Shown one piece after another: positions 55,138 to 64,000 of a DNA stretch of 64,000 nt (position 1 is the stretch's first letter; every line of letters starts with the position of its first letter). A program made the translations under genes and the position numbers. Under the pieces are notes generated by a model. It was given only the letters and a program-made list of their open reading frames with translations. It did not search any database and was not told where the DNA came from. This DNA is from Candidatus Bathyarchaeota archaeon. Lineage in GTDB: Archaea; Thermoproteota; Bathyarchaeia; Bathyarchaeales; Bathycorpusculaceae. Location: positions 768,001-832,000 of the forward strand of contig CAWEPZ010000011.1 of assembly GCA_963811105.1 (NCBI GenBank), read 5' to 3'.

Positions 55138-56376
55138 TTATTTTTTCTTAGTTTTCTCTGGTGCCTTTTTGTTTCGATTTTTGAGGGCGTTATACATTCT
55201 TGTCTGTAAGCCCCAGAGTTCAATGAAGCCTTTCGAGTAGGACTGATTAAATGAGGCTTTGATGTTGTAGTTTGCTAAGTTTTTGTCGTAAAGTGACATT
55301 GGCGAGGTGCGCCCGATTACAATCATGCTGCCCTTGTAGAGTTTGAGTTGGACTTCTCCAGTCACGTTTTCCTGAGACTTGTTGATGAAAGCGTCAAGGT
55401 CATCTTTGAGTGGGTCAACCCATAAGCCAGCGTAGGCAAGGAAAACCCATTCCGCGTCAACCTGCTGCTTGAAGAGGACTTGGTGCCGAGTCATAACCAT
55501 CTTTTCCAAATCTTTGTGAGCTTCCAATATGACGGTTGCTGCAGGGCACTCGTAAACTTCGCGGGATTTTATGCCGACAAGACGGTCTTCAATGTGATCT
55601 ATTCTGCCGACTCCGTTTCTTCCAGCAATCTTATTCATTTCTTCAATAAGTTCCAGCGGCAGCATAGCTTTTCCGTTTACTGCCACAGGTACGCCAGCCT
55701 CAAACTGTAAAGAAACAATTTCCGGGGTATCTGGTGCTTTTTCAGGTGAAGTTGTCCATTCATAAGCATCTTCAGGCGGCGCTTGACTTGCATCTTCAAG
55801 CAAGCCACATTCAATTGCACGTCCCCAAACGCTCGCATCTATACTGTATTTTTTAGCGGCGCTGGAGACGGGTATGCCTTTAGTTTTGGCGTAAGCGATT
55901 TCTTCTTCGCGGGTCATGCCCCACTCGCGTACGGGAGCAATAATTTTTTTGTCTGGAGCTAAAGAACCAAGTGTTACATCAAAGCGTACTTGGTCGTTGC
56001 CTCTTCCAGTGCAACCATGCGCTAAACCTGTGGCACCTTCTTTTTCGGCTACTTCAACCATCTTTGCTGCAATAAGTGGTCTTGAGAGACTCGTGCTGAT
56101 AGGATACTTTCCCTCGTAGAGGGCGTTGGCTTTTATTGCTGGAAAAATATAATCTTTTGCAAATTCGTCTTTGGCATCGATTGAAAAATGTTTTAAAACA
56201 CCAAGTTTCTTGGCTTTCTCCTCGGCGACTTTGAGGTCTTCTTGTTGGCCAACATCAACGGTCACGGTGATAACTTGCGCATCATATTTTTCTTGGAGGT
56301 ACTTGATTAACACGGATGTGTCTAATCCGCCAGAGTAGGCCAGCACGATTCTTTCGGTTATTGTTTGCTCCCTCAT
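55138..56376 (-). CDS. argG: Argininosuccinate synthase
   Basis: LAYSGGLDTS, HGCTGRGNDQVRF and GIKSREVYE. Confidence 0.97.
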   Translation of the reverse strand: MREQTITERIVLAYSGGLDTSVLIKYLQEKYDAQVITVTVDVGQQEDLKVAEEKAKKLGVLKHFSIDAKDEFAKDYIFPAIKANALYEGKYPISTSLSRPLIAAKMVEVAEKEGATGLAHGCTGRGNDQVRFDVTLGSLAPDKKIIAPVREWGMTREEEIAYAKTKGIPVSSAAKKYSIDASVWGRAIECGLLEDASQAPPEDAYEWTTSPEKAPDTPEIVSLQFEAGVPVAVNGKAMLPLELIEEMNKIAGRNGVGRIDHIEDRLVGIKSREVYECPAATVILEAHKDLEKMVMTRHQVLFKQQVDAEWVFLAYAGLWVDPLKDDLDAFINKSQENVTGEVQLKLYKGSMIVIGRTSPMSLYDKNLANYNIKASFNQSYSKGFIELWGLQTRMYNALKNRNKKAPEKTKKK

Positions 56377-56433
56377 TTTTTAATTTGATTGTTCCCGATA
56401 CCTTCAATGCTATATTTTTAAAGGTTGTGACTT

Positions 56434-56477
56434 TTTTGTTACTTAACAAAACTTAAATGTACCATTTGATACATTTA
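56434..56477. promoter_or_regulatory. Two adjacent palindromes in the divergent argG / ACT-regulator promoter
   Basis: TTTTGTTA-CT-TAACAAAA (56434-56451) and TAAATGTA-N8-TACATTTA (56454-56477). Confidence 0.5.
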
Positions 56478-56486
56478 GTAGGTATT

Positions 56487-57065
56487 ATGACAATCGCTCA
56501 AGACGTGAGAAACTACCTACGAAACAAACCTTACCTACTGGAAGCTTTGGAAAAAGGCATAGTAAACCTTAGCGAGCTTTCAAGACAAATACAAAAAGAC
56601 CTAAAAACCGACGACACAAGCGCCATAAAAGCCGCGCTACGCCGATACTCAGAAGAACTCCAAAAGCACAAACAGAAAAGAGAAGAAAAAGTCCTTCAAC
56701 TCCTAAAACGAAGCAGTATTGCTGTCTATGACCGAAAAGCCGTCATGATAACGAGCAAAGAAATCACCACAAAACGAGGTATGGAAGTTGACTTACTAGG
56801 GAAATTTGTCTATCTGCTTGACAGAAGCGACTTACCTGAGCGCATTAGCACTTTGGTTAAGCATGACAATTGTACAATGGTTGTAGTCCATTCACCCGAG
56901 GAATTGGAAGCAACGCCTGGAGTTGTGGCCTTCTTGGCTACAATATTGGCAGAGCAAAATGTGAACATTGTTGAGTTCATTTCATGCTGGACAGAAACAA
57001 TCATGGTTGTTGACAAAAAGGACAGTCTGAAAACTTACGAAACTTTATCAAATATGGTGGGTTAA
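56487..57065 (+). CDS. ACT-domain protein with an N-terminal helical (HTH-like) domain, putative amino-acid-sensing regulator
   Basis: LEKGIVNLSELSRQI..AIKAALRR N-domain and TPGVVAFLATILAEQNVNIVEFISCWTET ACT motif. ATG at 56487. Confidence 0.8.
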   Translation: MTIAQDVRNYLRNKPYLLEALEKGIVNLSELSRQIQKDLKTDDTSAIKAALRRYSEELQKHKQKREEKVLQLLKRSSIAVYDRKAVMITSKEITTKRGMEVDLLGKFVYLLDRSDLPERISTLVKHDNCTMVVVHSPEELEATPGVVAFLATILAEQNVNIVEFISCWTETIMVVDKKDSLKTYETLSNMVG

Positions 57066-57173
57066 CTTCTGCAATTTCAACAACAAAATTAATAATGCCA
57101 CAACTGATACATCACCTACAGCTTTAGTTACAACCCTTAGAAAAGACTCGAACTCAATGGATAGGGAAATAAT

Positions 57174-58424
57174 ATGGTTCATCAAGAATGTATAAACTGC
57201 AAAACACGGTACAACATAGACGAGATAGTTTACTTCTGCAAAAAATGCGGAGACATACTTGAAATAAAACTCGACTTTAAAGAGCTATCTCAAACCCTAA
57301 AGACCAGCGACTGGAAAACAAAGCCGTTGTCCGTCTGGCGATACCGCGACTTCATGCCCATTCACGAAGCCGCGCACATAGTTACCTTAAACGAAGGCGG
57401 CACAGGATTGCACCGTTCCCCGCGTTTAGGAGAAGAAGTCGGACTAAAAGAAGTGTACGTTAAGAACGAGGGGGAAAACCCCACAGGAAGCTTCAAAGAT
57501 CGAGGCATGACGGTTGGCGTCACCAAAGCCGTTGAATTAGGTGCAAAGCACGTCATCTGTGCTTCAACAGGCAATACCAGCGCCAGCTTAGCAGCCTATG
57601 CTGCAAGAGCAGGATTAAGATGCACTGTTCTTATCCCCACGGGCAAGATTGCTTACGGAAAATTGGCGCAAGCCATGATACACGGCGCCAAAGTTCTTCA
57701 GGTCCGAGGAAACTTTGATCAAGCCTTAGAATTTGTGCTAAAGCTGGCTGAGAAGCACAAGAGTATTTACCTTCTTAACTCAATTAACCCATTCCGTATT
57801 GAAGGGCAAAAATCCCTGGGATACGAAATCTGCGAGCAACTTAACAATCAAGTCCCTGACAGAATCATCATTCCTGTGGGCAATGCTGGAAACATAAGTG
57901 CTGTCTGGAAAGGCTTAACTGAGTTCCACAAACTGGGCTTCATAAAAACGTTGCCGAAAATGACAGGAATACAAGCGTCTGGCTCTGCGCCGATAGTGAC
58001 GGCTATAAAAACGAACAGCAATAAAATCATCCCGGTTGAAAACCCAGAGACTGTAGCTACTGCTATCCGAATTGGGGCTCCAGTAAGTTGGAAAAAAGCA
58101 GTCAATGCTATCCGAGAATCGCATGGAACAGCTGAGACTGTAACTGACGAGGAAATTTTGGATGCGCAAAAGATGCTTGCGCGAATTGAGGGTATCTTTG
58201 TGGAGCCTGCAAGCGCCTCATCTATTGCGGGATTGAAGAAGCTGGTAAAGAACGGCATTATCAATAGGGATGAAAGAGTAGTCTGCATTACCACAGGTCA
58301 TGGACTTAAAGACCCAGATACAGCCATTAAGCAATGTGAAAAACCAGTAGAAGTTGACGCTGAAATATCAGCAATCGAGCAGGCTTTAGGGTTAAAATCG
58401 CAAAGGGTCATTCTCGCTAGGTGA
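57174..58424 (+). CDS. thrC: Threonine synthase
   Basis: N-terminal CxxC/CxxC, NPTGSFKDRG (PLP lysine), ASTGNTSAS, PVGNAGN and TGHGLKD. Confidence 0.96.
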   Translation: MVHQECINCKTRYNIDEIVYFCKKCGDILEIKLDFKELSQTLKTSDWKTKPLSVWRYRDFMPIHEAAHIVTLNEGGTGLHRSPRLGEEVGLKEVYVKNEGENPTGSFKDRGMTVGVTKAVELGAKHVICASTGNTSASLAAYAARAGLRCTVLIPTGKIAYGKLAQAMIHGAKVLQVRGNFDQALEFVLKLAEKHKSIYLLNSINPFRIEGQKSLGYEICEQLNNQVPDRIIIPVGNAGNISAVWKGLTEFHKLGFIKTLPKMTGIQASGSAPIVTAIKTNSNKIIPVENPETVATAIRIGAPVSWKKAVNAIRESHGTAETVTDEEILDAQKMLARIEGIFVEPASASSIAGLKKLVKNGIINRDERVVCITTGHGLKDPDTAIKQCEKPVEVDAEISAIEQALGLKSQRVILAR

Positions 58425-58431
58425 AGGAAAC

Positions 58432-59481
58432 ATGAGAATTATCTTAGTTGGCTATGGCGTAGTAGGAAAAGGCGTAACTACCATTCTTGCTCGCAGATAT
58501 ACTGAAAAAGTTAAGGATTACGGATTTAACCCAAAAATCGTTGCCATCGCAGATATAGATGGCGCTGTCATAAACCCAAGAGGCCTAAGCCCAGAAAAGC
58601 TGGAAGAGATTAAACAACGAGGTTACCCCATATCCGCAGATCCCGATTTTGGTCACCCAAAAATGTTGGCGTTAGACGTTATTGACTCAGTCGAAGCAGA
58701 AGTAGTTGTTGAAGTCACCCCCGTCAACATCAAAAACGGTGAACCAGCCCTATCACACATCACCAAAGCGTTCAAAACCGGAAAACATGTTGTTACAACC
58801 AACAAAGGACCATTAGCCTTAGCAATGCCAGCTCTCACAGAACTAGCTGACTATAACAATGTGTACCTGCGATTTAGCGGAACAGTTGGCGGCGGAACAC
58901 CTATGCTGGAGTTTGCCAAACGATGCCTTGCAGGAGACAAAATCCTCGCCATACGAGGAATACTAAATGGCACAACCAATTACATACTAACTGAAATGTC
59001 TCAAAATCGACTTTCCTTCCAAGAAGCACTAACTAATGCACAGAAGCTTGGTTACGCTGAGAGGGAACCGTCCATGGATATTGACGGATTTGATACGGCA
59101 TGTAAAGTTGTCATTCTGGCGAACTGGATAATGAACAAAAAAATAACCTTAAAGGACGTTGACAGAATAGGCATAAGAGATGTTTCATTGCAGGCCCTTG
59201 ATGAAGCTTCAAAGAGGGGCAATACAATCAAGCTCATTGGTTTAATAGACAACGATAAACCAACAGTCAAGCCGACTGAAATACCGAAAAATAACCCTTT
59301 ATGCGTCAGTGGAGTTCTAAACGCGATAACCTTTTCTACTGAATACGCTGCCGAACAAACCCTCATCGGAAGAGGCGCTGGGGGAATTGAGACAGCCAGT
59401 GCAGTTTTAAGAGACCTCTTAGACATAAGACATAAGTTAGCAAATCGACTGCTAAACAATAACTCGGAGTTACAAGCATGA
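58432..59481 (+). CDS. hom: Homoserine dehydrogenase
   Basis: GYGVVG, VVTTNKGP, TVGGGTP, GILNGTTNYIL and GRGAGGIETASAV. Confidence 0.96.
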   Translation: MRIILVGYGVVGKGVTTILARRYTEKVKDYGFNPKIVAIADIDGAVINPRGLSPEKLEEIKQRGYPISADPDFGHPKMLALDVIDSVEAEVVVEVTPVNIKNGEPALSHITKAFKTGKHVVTTNKGPLALAMPALTELADYNNVYLRFSGTVGGGTPMLEFAKRCLAGDKILAIRGILNGTTNYILTEMSQNRLSFQEALTNAQKLGYAEREPSMDIDGFDTACKVVILANWIMNKKITLKDVDRIGIRDVSLQALDEASKRGNTIKLIGLIDNDKPTVKPTEIPKNNPLCVSGVLNAITFSTEYAAEQTLIGRGAGGIETASAVLRDLLDIRHKLANRLLNNNSELQA

Positions 59482-60890
59482 AAAAGATAGTTATGAAGTT
59501 CGGCGGTACTAGTGTTGCCACGGGCGCCGGGATACACCACGTGGCGAATATAGTCACTCAAAACGCCAAGAATAATTGCAGAGTTGCCGTAGTTGTTTCA
59601 GCGTTGGCGGGAGTAACTAACAGTTTAATTGAATTTGCTGACCAAGCAAAGAAAAGCGATGAAAAACATATTCAAGCATTCACCAAAAAATTACTAGATG
59701 AACACTTGGCAACAATCTCAAAGGCCATAACCAGCAAGCTGATTCAAAAAGAAGTAACTCAAATCACAGAGAAAACCATTGCTGAGCTTGAGAAGGTTCT
59801 AACGGGCATATGTTATGTTGGAGAGCTCACGCCCAAATCCAAAGATTATGTTTTATCCTTCGGCGAACGACTATCAGCACCCATCGTTTGTGGAGCCATA
59901 AAAGACCATAAGTTTGAATCACAATGTTTCACAGGCAAAGAAGCAGGCATAGTAACAGACTCAAACTTTGGTGACGCAGACCCTCTGATGAACTACACTA
60001 CTCACCTAGTTCAAGAAAGGCTTAGCCCTTTGTTTGAAAAAGGTGTAATCCCGGTTGTCACAGGCTATATCGCCGCCAACCAAGATGGCATAGTAACTAC
60101 GGTTGGGCGTGGCGGATCAGATTATACAGCAACTATCCTTGGCGTTGCACTAGGCGTTGATGAAGTCTGGATATGGACAGATGTTGACGGCATCATGACT
60201 ACCGACCCCAAAATAGTTCCTTCAGCTAAGATGTTACCACAGCTTAGTTATCAGGAAGCAGCAGAAATGGCGATTTTTGGAGCAAAAGCCATGCACCCAC
60301 GTGCATTAGAGCCTGTTATGAAAGAAAACATCCCGGTAAGGATCCGGAATGTATTCCACCCTGAAACCTCTGGCACAATAGTAACCAAAGAACCCTACGC
60401 AAAAACAGCTGAAGTAGTAAAAGCCGTCGCGATGATAAAAGACGTTGCCATGCTCAACGTTAGCGGTGCAGGAATGGTTGGGGCACCTGGTAGCTACGCT
60501 AAAGTGTTTGATGTTCTTGGCAAAAATAACATTAACGTTATGATGATATCCACCGCAGTCTCAGAAGCAAACATTTCAATGATTATCCGCCGAGGGCTAC
60601 TTGGCAGAGCGATTAGCAACCTCGAAATCGCACTCCTTGATCGAGATGGTTTAGTCAGCGAGATATCATCTGAAGATGATGTGGCCGTTATTGCTGTAAT
60701 GGGCGCGAATATGAAGGGAACTTTAGGAGTAGCGTCAAGAATATTTTCAACCGTAGCGAAAAAAGGAATAAACATACGTATGATTGCCCAAGGCTCATCA
60801 GAACTTAACATTTCATTTGTTGTCAAAGAGAAAGATGGGGCGGCAGTAGTCAAAGCGATACATGAAGAATTTAACCTAGATAAGATTTAG
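59478..60890 (+). CDS. lysC: Aspartate kinase
   Basis: VMKFGGTSV, SFGERLS, GRGGSDYTA, WTDVDG..T.DP and two ACT domains. Confidence 0.96.
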   Translation: MKKIVMKFGGTSVATGAGIHHVANIVTQNAKNNCRVAVVVSALAGVTNSLIEFADQAKKSDEKHIQAFTKKLLDEHLATISKAITSKLIQKEVTQITEKTIAELEKVLTGICYVGELTPKSKDYVLSFGERLSAPIVCGAIKDHKFESQCFTGKEAGIVTDSNFGDADPLMNYTTHLVQERLSPLFEKGVIPVVTGYIAANQDGIVTTVGRGGSDYTATILGVALGVDEVWIWTDVDGIMTTDPKIVPSAKMLPQLSYQEAAEMAIFGAKAMHPRALEPVMKENIPVRIRNVFHPETSGTIVTKEPYAKTAEVVKAVAMIKDVAMLNVSGAGMVGAPGSYAKVFDVLGKNNINVMMISTAVSEANISMIIRRGLLGRAISNLEIALLDRDGLVSEISSEDDVAVIAVMGANMKGTLGVASRIFSTVAKKGINIRMIAQGSSELNISFVVKEKDGAAVVKAIHEEFNLDKI

Positions 60891-61064
60891 GTTGTACCAT
60901 GTTTTTCGTCTAAATATCGTCACATGGGATCCGCTTTTTTGATAATACAATATGCTAGTTTTTATGCTGTTTGCTTTCAAATGCTTTCTTTACTTTCCCG
61001 AAGATTTGCCTTAGTTATTGATGATTTTCCAAAATTGGATATAGAATACCTTCGTGCACTTATT

Positions 61065-63111
61065 CTATTTTTTTAGTAGTTCTATGAGTGAGGTTGAACT
61101 ATTTGTCGGTGGGAGGCATGTTTGATCTCGACAGACGTAAGCGGTTGCTTTGCCTTCGATTTGCTGGTATCCTAAGCCAGCTTTGCTTGGACTCTTCAGC
61201 ATGATAACAGTGGTTGGCAGATAATGTTTTCTTAATGCATTCAGCATATCAGACGTGTCTTTTTCGTTTAAGTTACCAACTAAAACTACGCTGCATGATG
61301 GCCCAATTAGAAAGTCAAGCGCTGTAACAAAAAAAGTGTATGCTTCTGGGGCGCCTTCTATTTCTTGCGCAAATGTTTTAGTCATTTCTGTTGCCTTTTG
61401 ATAAAATGTGGATTCGTTAGTTAATCGGCTAAGACGCAACAGATTATATAGCGCTACTGAGTTGCCTGAGGGCGTTGCTCCGTCGTAGAGTTGCTTGATT
61501 TTAGGCAGGGATGATTCCGTGTTTTGTGATTGGTAGAAGCCTCCATTATTAATATCCCAAAACTTCTCAATCATAGTTTTGGTCAAGTCAGTGGCAGCTT
61601 GAAGATATTTGTCTTCAAATAATGCCTCATAGAGTTCAATTAGCCCGAACACAAAGAAAGCGTAGTCATCCAAAAAGCCTTCCACAGCGGCTTCGCCTTT
61701 TGCGTAGCGGTGATAGAGCACGTTACCTTGGCGCATTTGATTCAGGATGAAGTCGGCGGCTTTGGTGGCGACATCAAGATAGGTTGGTTCACCGAGAACG
61801 CTACCGGCTTTGGCCAAAGCTGCAACCATTAACCCATTCCAGTCGGTTAACACTTTATCATCTACTCTCGGGGGGACCCTTTTTTTCTAGCTTCAAAAAG
61901 AGATTGGCGTATGTTGTGAAGGCGGTCTATGCTTTCCTGGAGCGTTAAGCCTTTGTATGGTGCAAGCTCCTCGAGGGGTTCGGCGATGTAAAGTATATTT
62001 TTGCCTCGGCTGCCTGGAAAGTTGCCTTCTGGTTTTAACCCGTAGACGTGCGCCGCAAATTCCGCGTCTGCTGGAGGCAGCGTATCGAGCACTTCGTCTA
62101 TCGTCCAGAGGTAGAATTTGCCTTCTTCGCCCTCTGTATCCGCATCTTGTGCTGAGTAAAACCCTCCTTTGGATGCTGCCAAGTCGCGGATGACGTAATC
62201 TAGGGTTTCTTTGGCTGCGAGTGCATAGCGTTGGGCGCCCGTTGCCTGGTAAGTTTCCGTGTAAGCAAGTGCCATTAGGGCTTGGTCAGGGAGCATTTTT
62301 TCGAAATGGGGAACCAACCACCCCTCGTCAGTACTGTATCGATGAAAACCAAAGCCTAGTTGGTCATAGATACCGCCTAGCCGCATTTGAGTAAGAGTAT
62401 TCTCGACCATCGTTAGAGCATTCTTTTGGCTCGTTCGCATATGGTAGCGAAGGAGGTATAGTAGTTTGTGTGGTGTGGGGAATTTTGGTGCAGTGCCGAA
62501 TCCTCCGTTTTCTTCATCAAAGTCTTGTGATAATCGGTCGTATGTATCTTGAAGGATTCCCTTGCCGAGTTCTTTCCTGAGCGTTCTTTTTTCCATGTAT
62601 CCGATTCGGCTCTTGATGTCTACACCAACGGTTTCAAGCTGCAATCGTTGCCCTTTCCATAGCTGTGTAATTTGAGGAACAAGGTCCAACATTCCGATTA
62701 AGCCGGCTTTGCTATATTTTGGTATGTAGCTGGCGGCGTAAAATGGGTTAAGTTTAGAGGTTAAAAGTATGTTTAGTGGCCAACCACAGTTCCTACCCAT
62801 AGCTTGGCAAACCGCCATGTAAGAGGCGTCTAAATCGGGTCTTTCTTCGCGGTCAACCTTGATACAAACAAAGGCTTGATTTAGCAGGGCGGCGACTTCT
62901 TTGTCGCTAAAGCATTCCTCTTCCATGACGTGACACCAGTGACAACTGGAGTAGCCTATGCTTAAAAAAATTGGTTTGTCTTCAGCTTTGGCTTTATCTA
63001 GAGCTTCTTGACTCCAGGGGAACCAATCAACAGGGTTGTAAGCGTGCTGAAGAAGGTAGGGACTTTTTTGATTAATGAGCCGGTTAGGCTTCGTTTCTTG
63101 TTTTGATTGCA
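61065..63111 (-). pseudogene. Thioredoxin-domain / six-hairpin glycosidase-like protein (YyaL/SPATA20 family), split by a frameshift at an A7 run (61880-61886)
   Basis: NRL...[29 protein letters not shown] and PHFEKML in the first frame; DKVLTDWNGL, LDDYAF and DGATPSGNS in the second. One extra A restores [20 protein letters not shown]. Confidence 0.88.
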
Positions 63112-63235
63112 TAAAAAAGGGACATCCTATTTGCATTATTAGTTTCGTATCTATTATAAATTGTTAGTTAGGCATATTGGTATCTATCTAAATTACAAAA
63201 AAATAAAAAGGGAAAGAGTTTTTTTTCGATGCTTT

Positions 63236-64000
63236 TTATCGTTTTCTAAGGATTAATGCGCCGACTATTGCGACTGCTATTATTACAGCGATTCCAGTGC
63301 CTATTATTGTCATTGTGTTATCTGGAGCTGCTTGGTTTGATGTAGATGTTTGCGTTGGTGCGGCGGTTGGTGCGTTAACAACGTTTGCTGATGTTTCTGC
63401 CCATGAACTACCATAAGAGCCATCTCCCATAAAGGTTGCAGTAATCTTATAGGTGCCTGGGATTGTTGGTGTCCATACGTAGCTAAATGTTCCACTTGCG
63501 TCACTTGTCACGGTCGTGATATGTATAGGGTTGCCGTTAGGGTCAACTGTATCTATGGATACTGGAACTCCGACGACATTGGCGGGCATTTGGTGCTGCA
63601 TGTGTAGATATGCCATCCAGTCGCCCATTGAATCTGCGGAAACGCATGGCGTTCCTGGTTGAGCTGGTGATTGGTCAAGTACTGTGCCAGAGATGATTGC
63701 GTTATGTCCAGAGGTAACTTCTGTTTGAGGTGCAGAAACTGTAATAGTAGATATTCCTTTGCCAAAGACGTAGAGATATCCATCGTAGTAATCGCCTGCT
63801 GTTAGGTATCCGTCAGATACAATGCCTGGACCCATGGGACCAGTTATGTTCCATATGCCAACGCCGGTTGTAGCGTTGATGCAGTACAGTTTCCAGCCTC
63901 TAGCAAGTGGCGCAGTAGGTGAGTGTTCCTGAGTGTATGAGTAGATTTTTCCGTCCGCAACTATGCCATCGCTAAACCAAGAGTATACTTCACCATTGAG
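63236..64000 (-). CDS. PQQ-like beta-propeller surface protein, copy 9 (3' part; runs off the window)
   Basis: Open to the edge: LNGEVYSWFSDGIVADGKIYSYTQEHSP..RGWKLYCINATTG..DQSPAQPGTPCVS..TM + RKR. Confidence 0.85.
   Translation of the reverse strand, partial: LNGEVYSWFSDGIVADGKIYSYTQEHSPTAPLARGWKLYCINATTGVGIWNITGPMGPGIVSDGYLTAGDYYDGYLYVFGKGISTITVSAPQTEVTSGHNAIISGTVLDQSPAQPGTPCVSADSMGDWMAYLHMQHQMPANVVGVPVSIDTVDPNGNPIHITTVTSDASGTFSYVWTPTIPGTYKITATFMGDGSYGSSWAETSANVVNAPTAAPTQTSTSNQAAPDNTMTIIGTGIAVIIAVAIVGALILRKR

Noticed and set aside
17786-63156. TATCTATTA recurring downstream of copies 1, 4 and 9
   Set aside because: Short, AT-rich, at variable distance and not seen after the other copies; compatible with chance or TATA-like elements.
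6991-63783. Numerous 60-170 aa ORFs antisense to or nested in long genes
   Set aside because: Shadow ORFs of well-supported genes, with no independent motifs.

Overview
Archaeal chromosome segment, most consistent with Bathyarchaeia (inference from a eukaryote-like topoisomerase IB, aRF1, Ftr, Lrp regulators and the expanded propeller family). The left (1-17.3 kb) and right (49-63 kb) arms are mostly housekeeping genes: a secreted glutaminyl cyclase, P-type ATPase, TopoIB, aRF1, a frameshifted ftr, a three-gene homocysteine-synthesis operon, carAB-argHG and thrC-hom-lysC. The centre (17.9-48.6 kb) holds eight co-oriented paralogues of an ~850-900 aa secreted, C-terminally membrane-anchored, PQQ-like beta-propeller protein, and a ninth runs off the right edge. 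The paralogues look mosaic. Several have their own divergent regulator module (two Lrp/AsnC tandem pairs, one 7TM+wHTH pair and a decayed copy of that wHTH). Two share an identical 82-bp leader, and many spacers hold broken virus/plasmid-type genes. Most predicted mature secreted proteins begin with Gln, and a membrane-tethered glutaminyl cyclase is encoded in the window, which suggests an archaeal pyroglutamate 'Q-rule'. No rRNA, intact tRNA, CRISPR array, transposase, integrase or reverse transcriptase was seen. All family calls come from motif recognition by eye; no database searches were run.
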